A DNA stretch of 29,101 nt. Source: Sulfurimonadaceae bacterium. GTDB taxonomy: Bacteria; Campylobacterota; Campylobacteria; Campylobacterales; Sulfurimonadaceae. The translations under genes were made by a program, and so were the position numbers. The DNA lies in NCBI GenBank assembly GCA_041571435.1, contig JBFFUI010000027.1, forward strand, positions 1-29,101. Reading direction: 5' to 3'. Shown in pieces: positions 1 through 9,050 of the stretch (its first letter is position 1; each line of letters begins with the position of its first letter). The notes beneath the pieces were generated by a model. It was not told where the DNA came from and did no database searches. It saw only the letters and a program-made list of their open reading frames with translations.

Positions 1-381
1 CGCATCGCTGGTCACATGCTCCATGTCCAGTGTCACGCGGAAGTATGATTTAGGATCATCAAGAAGATAGGCTTTGATCTGCACGTAGGCACGGCGCATC
101 TCAAACTTGTCTGTGTCACGGATAGCATCATCTTTGAAATCCTTATGGGTAAACCCAAGGTAAGTCAAACCACCAAATTTGAATTGGCTTGCATTTGAGT
201 ACCACGGCACCTCTTTCGTTGGTGCGTCCGCACTGACAAAACTTCCCATCTCTTCACGGCCTTCACCGCTCTGTGTAAAGACCTGGCCTGTTGCAGGATC
301 TGTGTAGAGTGTCATCGTGTCAGCAAAAGCTGCACCGCTAAATGTCATAGCAGCTAGTGTAGAAAGTAGCATTTTTTTCAT
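1..381 (-). CDS. Putative outer-membrane porin, Pho-regulated (5' part only; runs off the window start)
   Basis: Not in the ORF track. Manual translation from ATG at 381 gives MKKMLLSTLAAMTFSGAAFA|DTMTLYTDPATGQVFTQSGEGREEMG...FEMRRAYVQIKAY..., open to base 1. Has a Sec signal peptide (AFA), GGGAG RBS, a porin-like RRAY strand and an N-terminal motif shared with the neighbouring porin. Confidence 0.75.
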   Translation of the reverse strand, partial: MKKMLLSTLAAMTFSGAAFADTMTLYTDPATGQVFTQSGEGREEMGSFVSADAPTKEVPWYSNASQFKFGGLTYLGFTHKDFKDDAIRDTDKFEMRRAYVQIKAYLLDDPKSYFRVTLDMEHVTSDA

Positions 382-411
382 TTGTATTCTCCCGAATGTT
401 ATGTCGGTAGA

Positions 412-443
412 ATAATAAAACATTTTGGTTACGCAAAGGTTAC
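412..443 (-). promoter_or_regulatory. Pho box (GGTTAC-gcaaa-GGTTAC, 427-443) plus -10 TATTAT (412-417) for porin 1
   Basis: 11-bp-period direct repeat; -10 hexamer lies 9 nt downstream on the minus strand, the same geometry as four other promoters in this window. Confidence 0.75.
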
Positions 444-509
444 AGAAATGTTTCTCTTAACCGTCTAATGAGATCAGAAAATGAAGTGGAAGAATGAAAG
501 GGTGGTCAC

Positions 510-536
510 GCATCCCCGTCAGGGATGCAAAAAAAA
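510..536 (-). terminator. Stem-loop after porin 2 (GCATCCC-cgtca-GGGATGC)
   Basis: 7-bp GC-rich perfect inverted repeat 16 nt past the stop codon; the T-run precedes the stem on the minus strand, so terminator strength is uncertain. Confidence 0.5.
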
Positions 537-544
537 GAGAGGGC

Positions 545-1906
545 TTAGAAGAACCACTGTGTGGTCAGTTTCATACGGGTATCAGTGTATCCACCAATGC
601 TATCACCCAGCGTATCCTCTTGATAAACAAGGCCCACTTTGCTGGTGTTACCTCTAAAGTACCAGTTTAGACCGGCAATCTTAGACTCAAGTTCGTAATC
701 CTCGCCAGGAGCGGCATCTTCGTACTTATCCCACTTCTCATAGCGGATAAACGGTGCTAGGTAACCCAGCTGCTCGATGACATATTCACCTGTTGCGTAC
801 CAGCCGTTTGACTTGCCTGTTTCAGGGTTGGCCCAGTCTTTGACAACACCGTCAAACTGGAAGTACTCCGCCTGGACGAAAGCACCCTTGTAGTGCGCCG
901 ACATCTCCAGGTTGATCAATTCGTGATCAATACTCTGCTTGACGCCACCCAAATCATAGGTAATATCCGGGCTCATCCAATATGCAGCACCGATCTCGAA
1001 GTGTTTGCCCTGGGCAAAGTAGGTCTCGGTACGCTTTGTCTCCTCCCATCCGCTGAACGGGGAGAGAACGACCTTTCCACCGTAAAAGAAGTTTTCTTGA
1101 GAAAAGTTGCTTTGGTTGAACTTGGTACCTGACGCATCGACTGTCTTGCCCGAATAGACACCGTCACCGAAAGCCACTTCGTAGTGGATCTTCTTCTTCC
1201 AGTCACCGTACATCTTGGCGTTGGTACCACGACGGTTGTGCGTGATGTACTGTGCCGCTTCGTCAGCGACATGCGGACGGTCGTAGTGCAGGACATAGGC
1301 CGACTTGACCGTCTCGGTACGAGATACGTCGATCTTGCCACGGTAAAGCTTGTAGTTGACCAATGAAGTCCCGAACGGTTTCTTAATCTGCAGGTAGGCA
1401 TCGCCTACGTTGAATGTCTGCTCTCCCTTGTCCTGATAGTTTACCTTGTCATCACGGATATCCATCACATAAGAGATGTGTTTCGTGAAACCGGCTGCGA
1501 CCTCTAAACGGGTACGGCGCAGGTAAGCATCCCAATTGTTTGTATCTGCGTTGCCTAGTGCTTCTTGAGTAGAAGAATAATCACGCTGATAGTTTTCGAA
1601 TGTACCCTGGATACGCACACCAAGCTTGATCCACATATCCGGATTGTCAGAAGCGGTGAACTTCATGTTCGGGCCAGTCTCTTTGCCCATCATAAACTCG
1701 ACCGATTTCGGGTTTTCCACGGTAGGACCCTCTGTAGTCTTTCCTAAAATCTCACTGCTTGCAGATTGATCCAACATCTCACGACCTTCACCTGCCTTGG
1801 TAAAAATCTGACCGGTCACAGGATCGGTATAGAGTGTTACTGCCTCGGCAGAGGCTGCGGTACTCAGCGCTAAGGCTGCTAAAGTTGATAATATGACTTT
1901 GTTCAT
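545..1906 (-). CDS. Putative phosphate-selective porin (OprO/OprP-like beta-barrel)
   Basis: Start reassigned to ATG 1906 (AGGAG RBS; signal peptide MNKVILSTLAALALSTAASA). Has a YLRRTRL motif, alternating beta-strand pattern and C-terminal aromatic TQWFF; Pho box upstream. Confidence 0.75.
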   Translation of the reverse strand: MNKVILSTLAALALSTAASAEAVTLYTDPVTGQIFTKAGEGREMLDQSASSEILGKTTEGPTVENPKSVEFMMGKETGPNMKFTASDNPDMWIKLGVRIQGTFENYQRDYSSTQEALGNADTNNWDAYLRRTRLEVAAGFTKHISYVMDIRDDKVNYQDKGEQTFNVGDAYLQIKKPFGTSLVNYKLYRGKIDVSRTETVKSAYVLHYDRPHVADEAAQYITHNRRGTNAKMYGDWKKKIHYEVAFGDGVYSGKTVDASGTKFNQSNFSQENFFYGGKVVLSPFSGWEETKRTETYFAQGKHFEIGAAYWMSPDITYDLGGVKQSIDHELINLEMSAHYKGAFVQAEYFQFDGVVKDWANPETGKSNGWYATGEYVIEQLGYLAPFIRYEKWDKYEDAAPGEDYELESKIAGLNWYFRGNTSKVGLVYQEDTLGDSIGGYTDTRMKLTTQWFF

Positions 1907-1935
1907 TGTTATTCTCCTGAACGTTTGATGGGCGA

Positions 1936-1967
1936 ACTTTAGAACACTTTGGTTACACAAAGGTTAC
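1936..1967 (-). promoter_or_regulatory. Pho box (GGTTAC-acaaa-GGTTAC, 1951-1967) plus -10 TAAAGT (1936-1941) for porin 2
   Basis: Direct repeat with 11-bp period, 9 nt from the -10 element. Confidence 0.75.
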
Positions 1968-2077
1968 AGAACAGTAATAATTCGCTTTTAATAAAGTATG
2001 ACTGCCCCCTCCAGCATGCTAATACTGCGCTTACGCTCTCAAGCTACAATTATGCATTCAAACATTAAGGGGTAACC

Positions 2078-2215
2078 ATGAAAAAGCTATTCATCATACT
2101 TTCAGCGTTAACACTACTTGCGTCCAGTGCCTTTGCCCGTCATATGCTGCCATATGACAAGGAGGAAACCACTGCCCCTAAGTCGTCACCACAGCTGTCG
2201 ATGACGTTTTATTAA
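2078..2215 (+). CDS. Small putative secreted protein, 45 aa (MKKLFIILSALTLLASSAFA|RHMLPYDKEETTAPKSSPQLSMTFY)
   Basis: Below the ORF-track cutoff. AAGGGG RBS 5 nt before the ATG, TACAAT -10 at 2045-2050, and a classic n/h/c signal peptide ending AFA. Confidence 0.65.
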   Translation: MKKLFIILSALTLLASSAFARHMLPYDKEETTAPKSSPQLSMTFY

Positions 2216-2388
2216 CCGATACTTTTTACCTACTATAGAGACGGGTGACGTTCTAGTTCTGCTATTTAGTGCGCTTTGAACTGCACTAGTGTGCTATTCA
2301 CAACAGTATAACTACCGTTTTATAGCGTTACTCTTACGTTTTAAATTATGAAATAGAAGTAAAAAAAATGGGGATTGGAGAGTGTGGA

Positions 2389-2411
2389 TTCCCTGCTTAT
2401 GCAGCAGGGAA
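2389..2411 (-). terminator. Stem-loop after pstS (TTCCCTGCT-tatgc-AGCAGGGAA)
   Basis: 9-bp perfect inverted repeat 9 nt after the pstS stop. Confidence 0.6.
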
Positions 2412-2420
2412 GGAGAGCAT

Positions 2421-3425
2421 TTACTTGATGTTTGCTGCCCAATATTCGCGGATCATATTCTTAGTTGCTTCCGGAAGTGCAATGTACCCAAGCTTTTTGG
2501 CCGCTGCATCACCGTTCTTGAAAGCGTAGTCATAGAACGCGATAACTTTTTTGTTCATCTCTGGCTTTTCTGCCGGAAGAAGAATGAATGTCGCTGCAAC
2601 GATCGGGTATGAAGTATCACCCGGCTGAAGTGCCAACATTGCGTAGAAGTGACCCTCTTTTGTCCAAGATGCATATTTAGCGGCAGCTTTGAAGTTCTCT
2701 TCTGTTGCTGTAACCCATTTTCCGCTTGCTGTCTGAAGCGTCGCAGCTGCAAGGTGGTTTTTCTCTTTATAAGCGTTCTCGATGTAACCGATAGCGTATG
2801 GCGTCTGCTTTACAAGTGAAGCCACACCTTCGTTACCTTTGCCGCCGATACCTGTCGCCCAGTCGATCGCCTTACCTACACCGTAGTTGTCTGCCCAGTT
2901 CTTTGAGCTTTTGTTCAGGTAGTATGTAAAGTTGTATGTCGTACCAGAGCCGTCTGAACGGTGTACTACGATGATCTTCTGGTTAGGCAGCTTCAGGCCT
3001 TTGTTGTCCGCTGCGATAGCCGCATCGTTCCACATTGTGATCTTGCCTGCAAAAATATCTGCAACGACTTCATTTTTAAGGTGAAGCTGCTCATCTTCGA
3101 TACCAGGTACGTTCAACGCGACCACGATCGAACCGATGACTGCCGGGAACTGAAGCAATTTCTCCTTAGTCAGCTCTTTCGCTTTAAGAGGCTTGTCCGA
3201 AGCACCGAAGTTAACAATACGCTTGGAGATCTGCTTGATCCCTCCGCCTGAACCGATACTCTGGTAGTTAACGCGAGACTTTGTCTCTTTACCGTACTGG
3301 TATGCCCAGTCATAATACAGAGGTGCCGGGAAAGAGGCACCTGCACCACTGATCTTGTCACCTGCGATAGAAGCCGTTGCGGCAACGGCAACCAACAATG
3401 CGCTTGTAGCTAGTTTTTTCAACAT
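2421..3425 (-). CDS. pstS: Phosphate ABC transporter periplasmic binding protein
   Basis: GAGASFPAPLY, YQSIGSGGG, RSDGSGTT and GKGNEGV motifs; start reassigned to ATG 3425 (AAAGGA RBS, signal peptide). Confidence 0.96.
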   Translation of the reverse strand: MLKKLATSALLVAVAATASIAGDKISGAGASFPAPLYYDWAYQYGKETKSRVNYQSIGSGGGIKQISKRIVNFGASDKPLKAKELTKEKLLQFPAVIGSIVVALNVPGIEDEQLHLKNEVVADIFAGKITMWNDAAIAADNKGLKLPNQKIIVVHRSDGSGTTYNFTYYLNKSSKNWADNYGVGKAIDWATGIGGKGNEGVASLVKQTPYAIGYIENAYKEKNHLAAATLQTASGKWVTATEENFKAAAKYASWTKEGHFYAMLALQPGDTSYPIVAATFILLPAEKPEMNKKVIAFYDYAFKNGDAAAKKLGYIALPEATKNMIREYWAANIK

Positions 3426-3455
3426 GTAGAATCCTTTTGGATGTTTGATGGCCGC

Positions 3456-3487
3456 ATTGTAAAACACCAATGTAACAAGAAGGTTAC
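3456..3487 (-). promoter_or_regulatory. Pho box (TGTAAC-aagaa-GGTTAC, 3471-3487) plus -10 TACAAT (3456-3461) for pstS
   Basis: 11-bp-period repeat, 9 nt from the -10 element. Confidence 0.8.
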
Positions 3488-3638
3488 AGAGCGTGAACGC
3501 TTTAAATTTGTGTCAGAAGGTCTTTTACTCTTGCACTGATAATCTACAGTGTTAAAAGCGCTACCGTATCTGCGGTGAACAAAAGAGAGAGTGTTGTAAA
3601 AGGAATGTATTGATATTTAGAATTGAAGAAAGCAGGTG

Positions 3639-3655
3639 AGAGCCTTAAAGGCTCT
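3639..3655 (-). terminator. Stem-loop after pstB (AGAGCCT-taa-AGGCTCT)
   Basis: 7-bp perfect inverted repeat 9 nt past the pstB stop. Confidence 0.5.
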
Positions 3656-3664
3656 AAAACAGTA

Positions 3665-4450
3665 TCAACCGAACTTGCCGGTAATATACTCTTCGGTAAG
3701 GCGTTCGGCCGGTGTGACAAAGAGCTCTTCCGTCTTGCCCAGCTCGATGAGCTCGCCAAGGTACATAAAGCCCGTATAGTCGCTTACGCGCGCTGCCTGC
3801 TGCATGTTGTGCGTTACGATGACGATCGAGACCTTCTCTTTAAGTTCCGTCACCAGCTCTTCGATCCCCTGTGTAGAGATAGGGTCAAGTGCTGACGTCG
3901 GTTCGTCAAAGAGGAGAACTTCCGGTTCCACTGCAATAGCGCGTGCGATACAGAGACGCTGCTGCTGACCGCCCGAAAGGCCGTTCGCATCATGCTTGAG
4001 TCTCTCCTGCACCTCTTTCCAGATCGCCGCATCTTTAAGTGCTTTTTCAACACGGTCACCCAGTTCCGTCTTGTTTTTCATCCCCTGCAGGCGCAGGCCG
4101 TACGCTACGTTGTCAAAGATGCTCATCGGAAACGCCGTCGGCTTCTGGAAGATCATCCCGATGTTCACACGCAGGTTGATAAGGTCCTCTTTCGCATCCA
4201 GGATATTGCGCCCGTTATAAAGGATCTCACCGTCATACTTGTTTCCCGGGTAGAGGTCGTGCATACGGTTGATCGAACGAAGCAGTGTCGATTTACCACA
4301 GCCCGAAGGTCCGATAAGCGCCGTCACCGAGTTTTTGGCGATCGGCATCGTGATCTGTTTTAGACTCGGTTCATCAGCGCTTGCATAGGTGAACTCAAAG
4401 TTCTTGATCTCGAGGGCTCTCTCTTCGGTGACATTACAGATAGTTGCCAT
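3665..4450 (-). CDS. pstB: Phosphate ABC transporter ATP-binding protein
   Basis: Walker [46 protein letters not shown] and C-terminal YITGKFG. Confidence 0.97.
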   Translation of the reverse strand: MATICNVTEERALEIKNFEFTYASADEPSLKQITMPIAKNSVTALIGPSGCGKSTLLRSINRMHDLYPGNKYDGEILYNGRNILDAKEDLINLRVNIGMIFQKPTAFPMSIFDNVAYGLRLQGMKNKTELGDRVEKALKDAAIWKEVQERLKHDANGLSGGQQQRLCIARAIAVEPEVLLFDEPTSALDPISTQGIEELVTELKEKVSIVIVTHNMQQAARVSDYTGFMYLGELIELGKTEELFVTPAERLTEEYITGKFG

Positions 4451-5292
4451 TATTTGCCTTTTTTAGTAAGTAGAATAAGACGGCCTATAATATTTAGGCC
4501 AAGAATAAACATAGAGAGGATAAACGCAGCGGCCCAGCCAAGGCGCTGCCAATCTTCGTATGGACTCGTTGCATAATTATACATCGTAACCGTCAGTGAA
4601 GCCATCGGCTCAAACAGGTCGGTGCTCATAAAGTTGTCGTTGAACGAGGTAAAGAGCAGCGGTGCCGTCTCACCGGCGACGCGGGCGACACCCAGCAGGA
4701 CACCGGTCAAGATGCCCGCTTTGGCACCACGATAGACAACCTGCATAATCACTTTGTACTTCGGTGCACCCAGCGCAAAAGCCGCTTCACGCAGTGTTGT
4801 CGGAACAAGATGCAGCATGTCATCCGTCGTGCGCAGAATGATCGGCAGCATGATGATCGTCAAAGCAACGATACCTGCCCAGGCACTGAAGTGTCCCATC
4901 GGGATGACCATGATCGCATAGACAAAAGAGCCGACGACGATACTCGGAGCCGACATCATAATGTCCGAAATGTCACGGATGGTCTCAGCCAGTTTTGACT
5001 TCTGGCCGTATTCGCTGAGATAGGTACCGGCCAGGATTCCAAGCGGCACACCGATGACGGTCGCCACACCGACAATGATAAGCTGACCTACAAGCGCCTG
5101 TTTTAGACCGCTCTCTTCGTAACCCGGAGGTGCCCCTTCGAACATAAAGATGTCCCAGTTAATCGCCTCAATGCCGTTGCTGACAAGGATAAAGAGGATC
5201 CAAAACAGAAATCCTAGCCCGATCATCGCCGAGAGGGTCGACAGTGCCATAATAAGGCGATTGATAAGAACGCGTTTTTGTGTTGCGGTCAT
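4450..5292 (-). CDS. pstA: Phosphate ABC transporter permease PstA
   Basis: Multi-[15 protein letters not shown] loop and [10 protein letters not shown]; 1-nt overlaps with pstC and pstB. Confidence 0.95.
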   Translation of the reverse strand: MTATQKRVLINRLIMALSTLSAMIGLGFLFWILFILVSNGIEAINWDIFMFEGAPPGYEESGLKQALVGQLIIVGVATVIGVPLGILAGTYLSEYGQKSKLAETIRDISDIMMSAPSIVVGSFVYAIMVIPMGHFSAWAGIVALTIIMLPIILRTTDDMLHLVPTTLREAAFALGAPKYKVIMQVVYRGAKAGILTGVLLGVARVAGETAPLLFTSFNDNFMSTDLFEPMASLTVTMYNYATSPYEDWQRLGWAAAFILSMFILGLNIIGRLILLTKKGK

Positions 5293-6149
5293 TAGGCTCT
5301 CCTTGTACGGCGCAGGAAGTAGAACTTCGCAATTGAGATGATTGTAAAGCTGATGACCAGTAGGATCAGCGCCAACTCAAAGAGGCTCGAGAAGTAGAGG
5401 TCCGTATCGGCCTCCGTAAACTCGTTCGCCAGCGTGACCGGGATAGAGGTCGCAGGCTGTGTCAGGTCAAGCGACACCTTATGCACGTTACCCATCACGA
5501 AAGTAACGGCCATCGTCTCGCCGATCGCACGGCCCAGTGCCAGAATAAGCGCACCTATGATCCCCGCCTTTGAGTAAGGGATAACAATATCTCTAATAAC
5601 ATCCCATTTGGTACCGCCAAGCGCATAGGCCGACTCTTTTAAAATATCCGGTGTGGTGTTCATAGCATCACGCGTCACCGCCGCCATAAACGGCAGAATC
5701 ATGATCGCAAGCACGATCCCCGCCGTCAGCATCCCGATACCGATACCGCCAAACAGATCGCGGACGATCGGCACAAAGTAAAAGAGGCCCCACATACCGT
5801 AGATAACGGAAGGAATAGCCGCCAGAAGCTCGATGGAGACACCGACAGGTGCTTTAAGCTTGGCATGTGCGATCTCGCTTAGAAAGATCGCGACCCCGAT
5901 TGCAACGGGAACGGCAAGGACCATTGCAAGAAAAGTGGAGATAACCGAACCCATGATGGCGGCATAGGCACCGAACTTTTCAAGGTTTGGCGCCCATTTT
6001 GACTCGGTTACAAAGTCAAGACCGAAGGTCTGCATCGAGAGCATGGACTCCTGAAACAGCACGGTGAAGATCCATGCGGTGATCAGCAGTACGGTGATTG
6101 CGATCAAACGGGTTGCATTGGCAAAGATAGTGTCTATGATTTTTGTCAT
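5292..6149 (-). CDS. pstC: Phosphate ABC transporter permease PstC
   Basis: ELLAAIPSVIYGMWG, ESAYALG and LGRAIGETMAV motifs. Confidence 0.95.
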   Translation of the reverse strand: MTKIIDTIFANATRLIAITVLLITAWIFTVLFQESMLSMQTFGLDFVTESKWAPNLEKFGAYAAIMGSVISTFLAMVLAVPVAIGVAIFLSEIAHAKLKAPVGVSIELLAAIPSVIYGMWGLFYFVPIVRDLFGGIGIGMLTAGIVLAIMILPFMAAVTRDAMNTTPDILKESAYALGGTKWDVIRDIVIPYSKAGIIGALILALGRAIGETMAVTFVMGNVHKVSLDLTQPATSIPVTLANEFTEADTDLYFSSLFELALILLVISFTIISIAKFYFLRRTRRA

Positions 6150-6178
6150 ACAGTCTCTTCTCTAAATTTAGTAACGCG

Positions 6179-6219
6179 ATTTTAGAATAATTTGGTTACA
6201 AGAAGGTTACATTTGTAAC
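6179..6219 (-). promoter_or_regulatory. Pho box (GGTTAC-aagaa-GGTTAC, 6194-6210; extra TGTAAC at 6214-6219) plus -10 TAAAAT (6179-6184) for pstCAB
   Basis: 11-bp-period repeat, 9 nt from the -10 element. Confidence 0.8.
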
Positions 6220-6232
6220 AAACTGCCCTGTT

Positions 6233-7615
6233 TTAGGTACCTTCGAGCTCTTTGTTTAACCACAAAACCGCTTCCGAATGACTTGTGATCTCACCCTCCA
6301 TCTGTGCTTCATAAGCCTTCTGAAGGATCGTTTTAAACTCCTTTGACGGTGTCAAACCGGCATGAAGGAGGTCCCGACCCTGTAGAAGCGGCGCAACGGG
6401 AGCATTGAGGACATTCAGCTCTTTGGCTCTTTGTTGCAGCCACTCTCCGGCTGCAAAATCACCGCTGAGCGCCTCTTTGGTGGTACGGCCTAAAAAGTCC
6501 GCTTTTGCCAGCATAATAAGCTCTTCTATGTTTACCTGATTGGCAAGACGCCGGATCGCGGCCGGTTTGGCCCCTTGTTCATAGAATTGTATAGGCTTAA
6601 GATGGTGTTTGACCAGCGGTAGCAGGCTCTCAAGCAGCGCTTTCTCATCGCTGAGTCTCTCAAAAAAACGCGCCGTCAACGCTAAACCGTTCATTTCATG
6701 GCCGATGGCGCGTATACGCCCGTCAATCGTTTCGGTCGTGTCCGCTTTACCAAGATCGTGGCAGAGTGCTGCAAGAGAGAGACGCAGGTTCTGCTTTTCG
6801 TCTTCTCCATGGAGTTTTGTCACCTCGTCAAGTACCATCAAGGTATGCACCCAGACATCACCTTCAGGATGATAGAGAGGATCTTGCGGCACCCCCTGCA
6901 GTGCTTTGAGCTCCAGAAAACAGTCCAGCATCCCAAACTGTTCCATCAAGTCAAAACCGACAGAAGGCTTTCTGCTTTTCAATAGCAGTTTTTTAAGCTC
7001 GTCAAAAACCCGCTCTTTTGGGAGCTCATCGAGCATCTTTTTCGCGACCATTTCGCAGGCCAGATCACGAAGCTTCGGTGTGACTTCGAGCGCAAAACGG
7101 GCTGCAAACTGTATGGCACGATAGAGACGCAGGGGATCCTCTACAAAGGTCTCGGCATTGACGATATCAAGACGTCTGTTTTTAAGGTCCTCCTGACCGT
7201 TAAACGGATCGAGCAGCTCCCTGTTTTTAAGGTCATAACCCATCGCATTAATCGTAAAGTCCCGTCGTATGGCAGCCTCTTCAAAACTCAATGCACCATC
7301 AAGTGTGACGCAGAAGCCTTTGTGCCCCTGGGTCACCTTCTCCTCTTGACGGGGAAGCGAAAAGTCCACCTCAATGTCACTGAGCTGAAGTTTTACCACC
7401 CCGAAACTTTTACCGACACTGTGTACCTTGCCAAAGGGAGACAGCACCCTCTCCAGTGCCGATAGACTCTCAATACCAAAGACCTCTATATCGATATCTT
7501 TGGAGGGGATGTTCAAGAGCGCATCACGCACATAACCGCCCACGACGACCGGACGGTACTCTTTTTGTATCAGGTCAGCGATGATCGCATCTAAGGCTGA
7601 AGGCAGTGTTATCAT
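6233..7615 (-). CDS. cca: CCA tRNA nucleotidyltransferase / poly(A) polymerase family protein with HD domain
   Basis: GGYVRDALL..DIDIE, RRDFTINAM and EDPLR motifs, plus HD domain (HPEGDVWVHT...CHDLGK). Confidence 0.88.
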   Translation of the reverse strand: MITLPSALDAIIADLIQKEYRPVVVGGYVRDALLNIPSKDIDIEVFGIESLSALERVLSPFGKVHSVGKSFGVVKLQLSDIEVDFSLPRQEEKVTQGHKGFCVTLDGALSFEEAAIRRDFTINAMGYDLKNRELLDPFNGQEDLKNRRLDIVNAETFVEDPLRLYRAIQFAARFALEVTPKLRDLACEMVAKKMLDELPKERVFDELKKLLLKSRKPSVGFDLMEQFGMLDCFLELKALQGVPQDPLYHPEGDVWVHTLMVLDEVTKLHGEDEKQNLRLSLAALCHDLGKADTTETIDGRIRAIGHEMNGLALTARFFERLSDEKALLESLLPLVKHHLKPIQFYEQGAKPAAIRRLANQVNIEELIMLAKADFLGRTTKEALSGDFAAGEWLQQRAKELNVLNAPVAPLLQGRDLLHAGLTPSKEFKTILQKAYEAQMEGEITSHSEAVLWLNKELEGT

Positions 7616-7649
7616 CAGACCATTTTAACGTATTTACGGCTTCGAAGCG

Positions 7650-9050
7650 CTATTTTTTCTTTGCCAGCATCTTTTTCAACGAAAACCCGAAGAGGGAGCC
7701 TTCGCCGACTTTACTTTCGATGATCAGGCTGGAGTCATGAAGCTTCAATATATAGCTGACAATGGCCAGACCAAGTCCCATCGAGTTGTCCCAGGTGTTT
7801 TTGTCAACGCGATAAAACTTGGAAGCAACTTTGTCAATGTCGCTTTCACTGATACCCATTCCATGGTCTATCACCATCAGTTTATCATCAATGATACTGA
7901 CTGTCACATCATCATCAGAGTACTTCAGCGCATTGTCCACAAGGTTGGTGAGGACATTGTCCAGCATATCTTTGTCTGCTGTGACTATACAGTCCTTATC
8001 ATCGAAATGAATCTCTCTGTCACGATATTTTGTCGAAAGGTTGAGAATAACGTCCTGAATAAGGTCGGCCAGGTTAAAGGTCATCGGGTGGACTTGCAGA
8101 TCATTGTTTTCAAGTTTTACAGAGAGTGCCAGACGATCGATCATGTAGGAAATTTTTCGTGCATTGGAAAGGATCTTGTCCAAAAACCGTACCCGTATCT
8201 TCGGGTTGACATTCGGATCATCCAACAAGGTGTCTGCATAGCCCATGATAGAAGCAAGCGGGTTTTTGAACTCATGTGAGATCGCAGAGAGAATGTCATT
8301 TCGCTGCTTATTCACCAGACGCAGTTTTGCCGTGTATTTGCGCTTCTGTTTATCTCTTGTCGCCAGTTTTTTGGCGAGGTCTTTGAGGTTTAACGCAATG
8401 TGCAGAAACTCTTTGAAATACTGTGTTTTGATGACGGCTTTATAGTTCTTGTTTGATATCTCATCAAGGTATTTGACGATCTGCTGGATGTCGTAGCGCA
8501 CCCGTTTGCTCATCTGATAGGCCGCGAGAAGACCGATCACCATAAAAATGACAAAGATAATAATTAGACGAGACCATAGGGTATAGAAATTCGACATGAT
8601 CTTGTCAAGCGGTGTCGCCATACGAAGGTAGATGACCTTATCGTCGACCAAAATCTTTTTTGCGACATAAAGATAGTGGATATGCATTGTAGACGAATAA
8701 CGAGTTTCAACACCTTCACCATCTCTCCTGGCCTGCATGATTTCATAACGGTTGGCATGGTTTTCCATCGTGAACTTGTCACTGTCACTGTCAGCCAATA
8801 CTTTTCCGTCCTCAGCAATAAAGGTAACGCGGTCTTGTATCGCCGCATGCGTATTGGCGGCTATACGGTCGAGATCACTGATATGATAGGGCTGCATCTG
8901 CATCAAGATTATGCTCTGTTCAAGCTGTTCCTGGTTTTCAGATATGACAAAGGATTTTAGTGTGTAGTAACTGATGATCGATGACGTGATGAGCGTGGCC
9001 GTAAACAAGCCAACGACATTGGCAAAAAAGAAGTGGTGAAGCTTTAACAC
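7650..9050 (-). CDS. phoR: Sensor histidine kinase, PhoR-like
   Basis: Two TM segments, ENHANRYEI periplasmic motif, H-box SHEFKNPL, N-box NLVDNALKYS, G-boxes; GTG start overlaps the regulator stop. Confidence 0.85.
   Translation of the reverse strand: MLKLHHFFFANVVGLFTATLITSSIISYYTLKSFVISENQEQLEQSIILMQMQPYHISDLDRIAANTHAAIQDRVTFIAEDGKVLADSDSDKFTMENHANRYEIMQARRDGEGVETRYSSTMHIHYLYVAKKILVDDKVIYLRMATPLDKIMSNFYTLWSRLIIIFVIFMVIGLLAAYQMSKRVRYDIQQIVKYLDEISNKNYKAVIKTQYFKEFLHIALNLKDLAKKLATRDKQKRKYTAKLRLVNKQRNDILSAISHEFKNPLASIMGYADTLLDDPNVNPKIRVRFLDKILSNARKISYMIDRLALSVKLENNDLQVHPMTFNLADLIQDVILNLSTKYRDREIHFDDKDCIVTADKDMLDNVLTNLVDNALKYSDDDVTVSIIDDKLMVIDHGMGISESDIDKVASKFYRVDKNTWDNSMGLGLAIVSYILKLHDSSLIIESKVGEGSLFGFSLKKMLAKKK

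Noticed and set aside
1907..1960. ORF-track N-terminal extensions (also pstS 3426-3470, phoU 10423-10440, typA 23699-23740, MOSC 20249-20374, nrdB 27496-27528)
   Set aside because: The extensions overlap promoters, Pho boxes, hairpins or neighbouring genes; the downstream starts fit better (RBS, signal peptide or family N-terminus)
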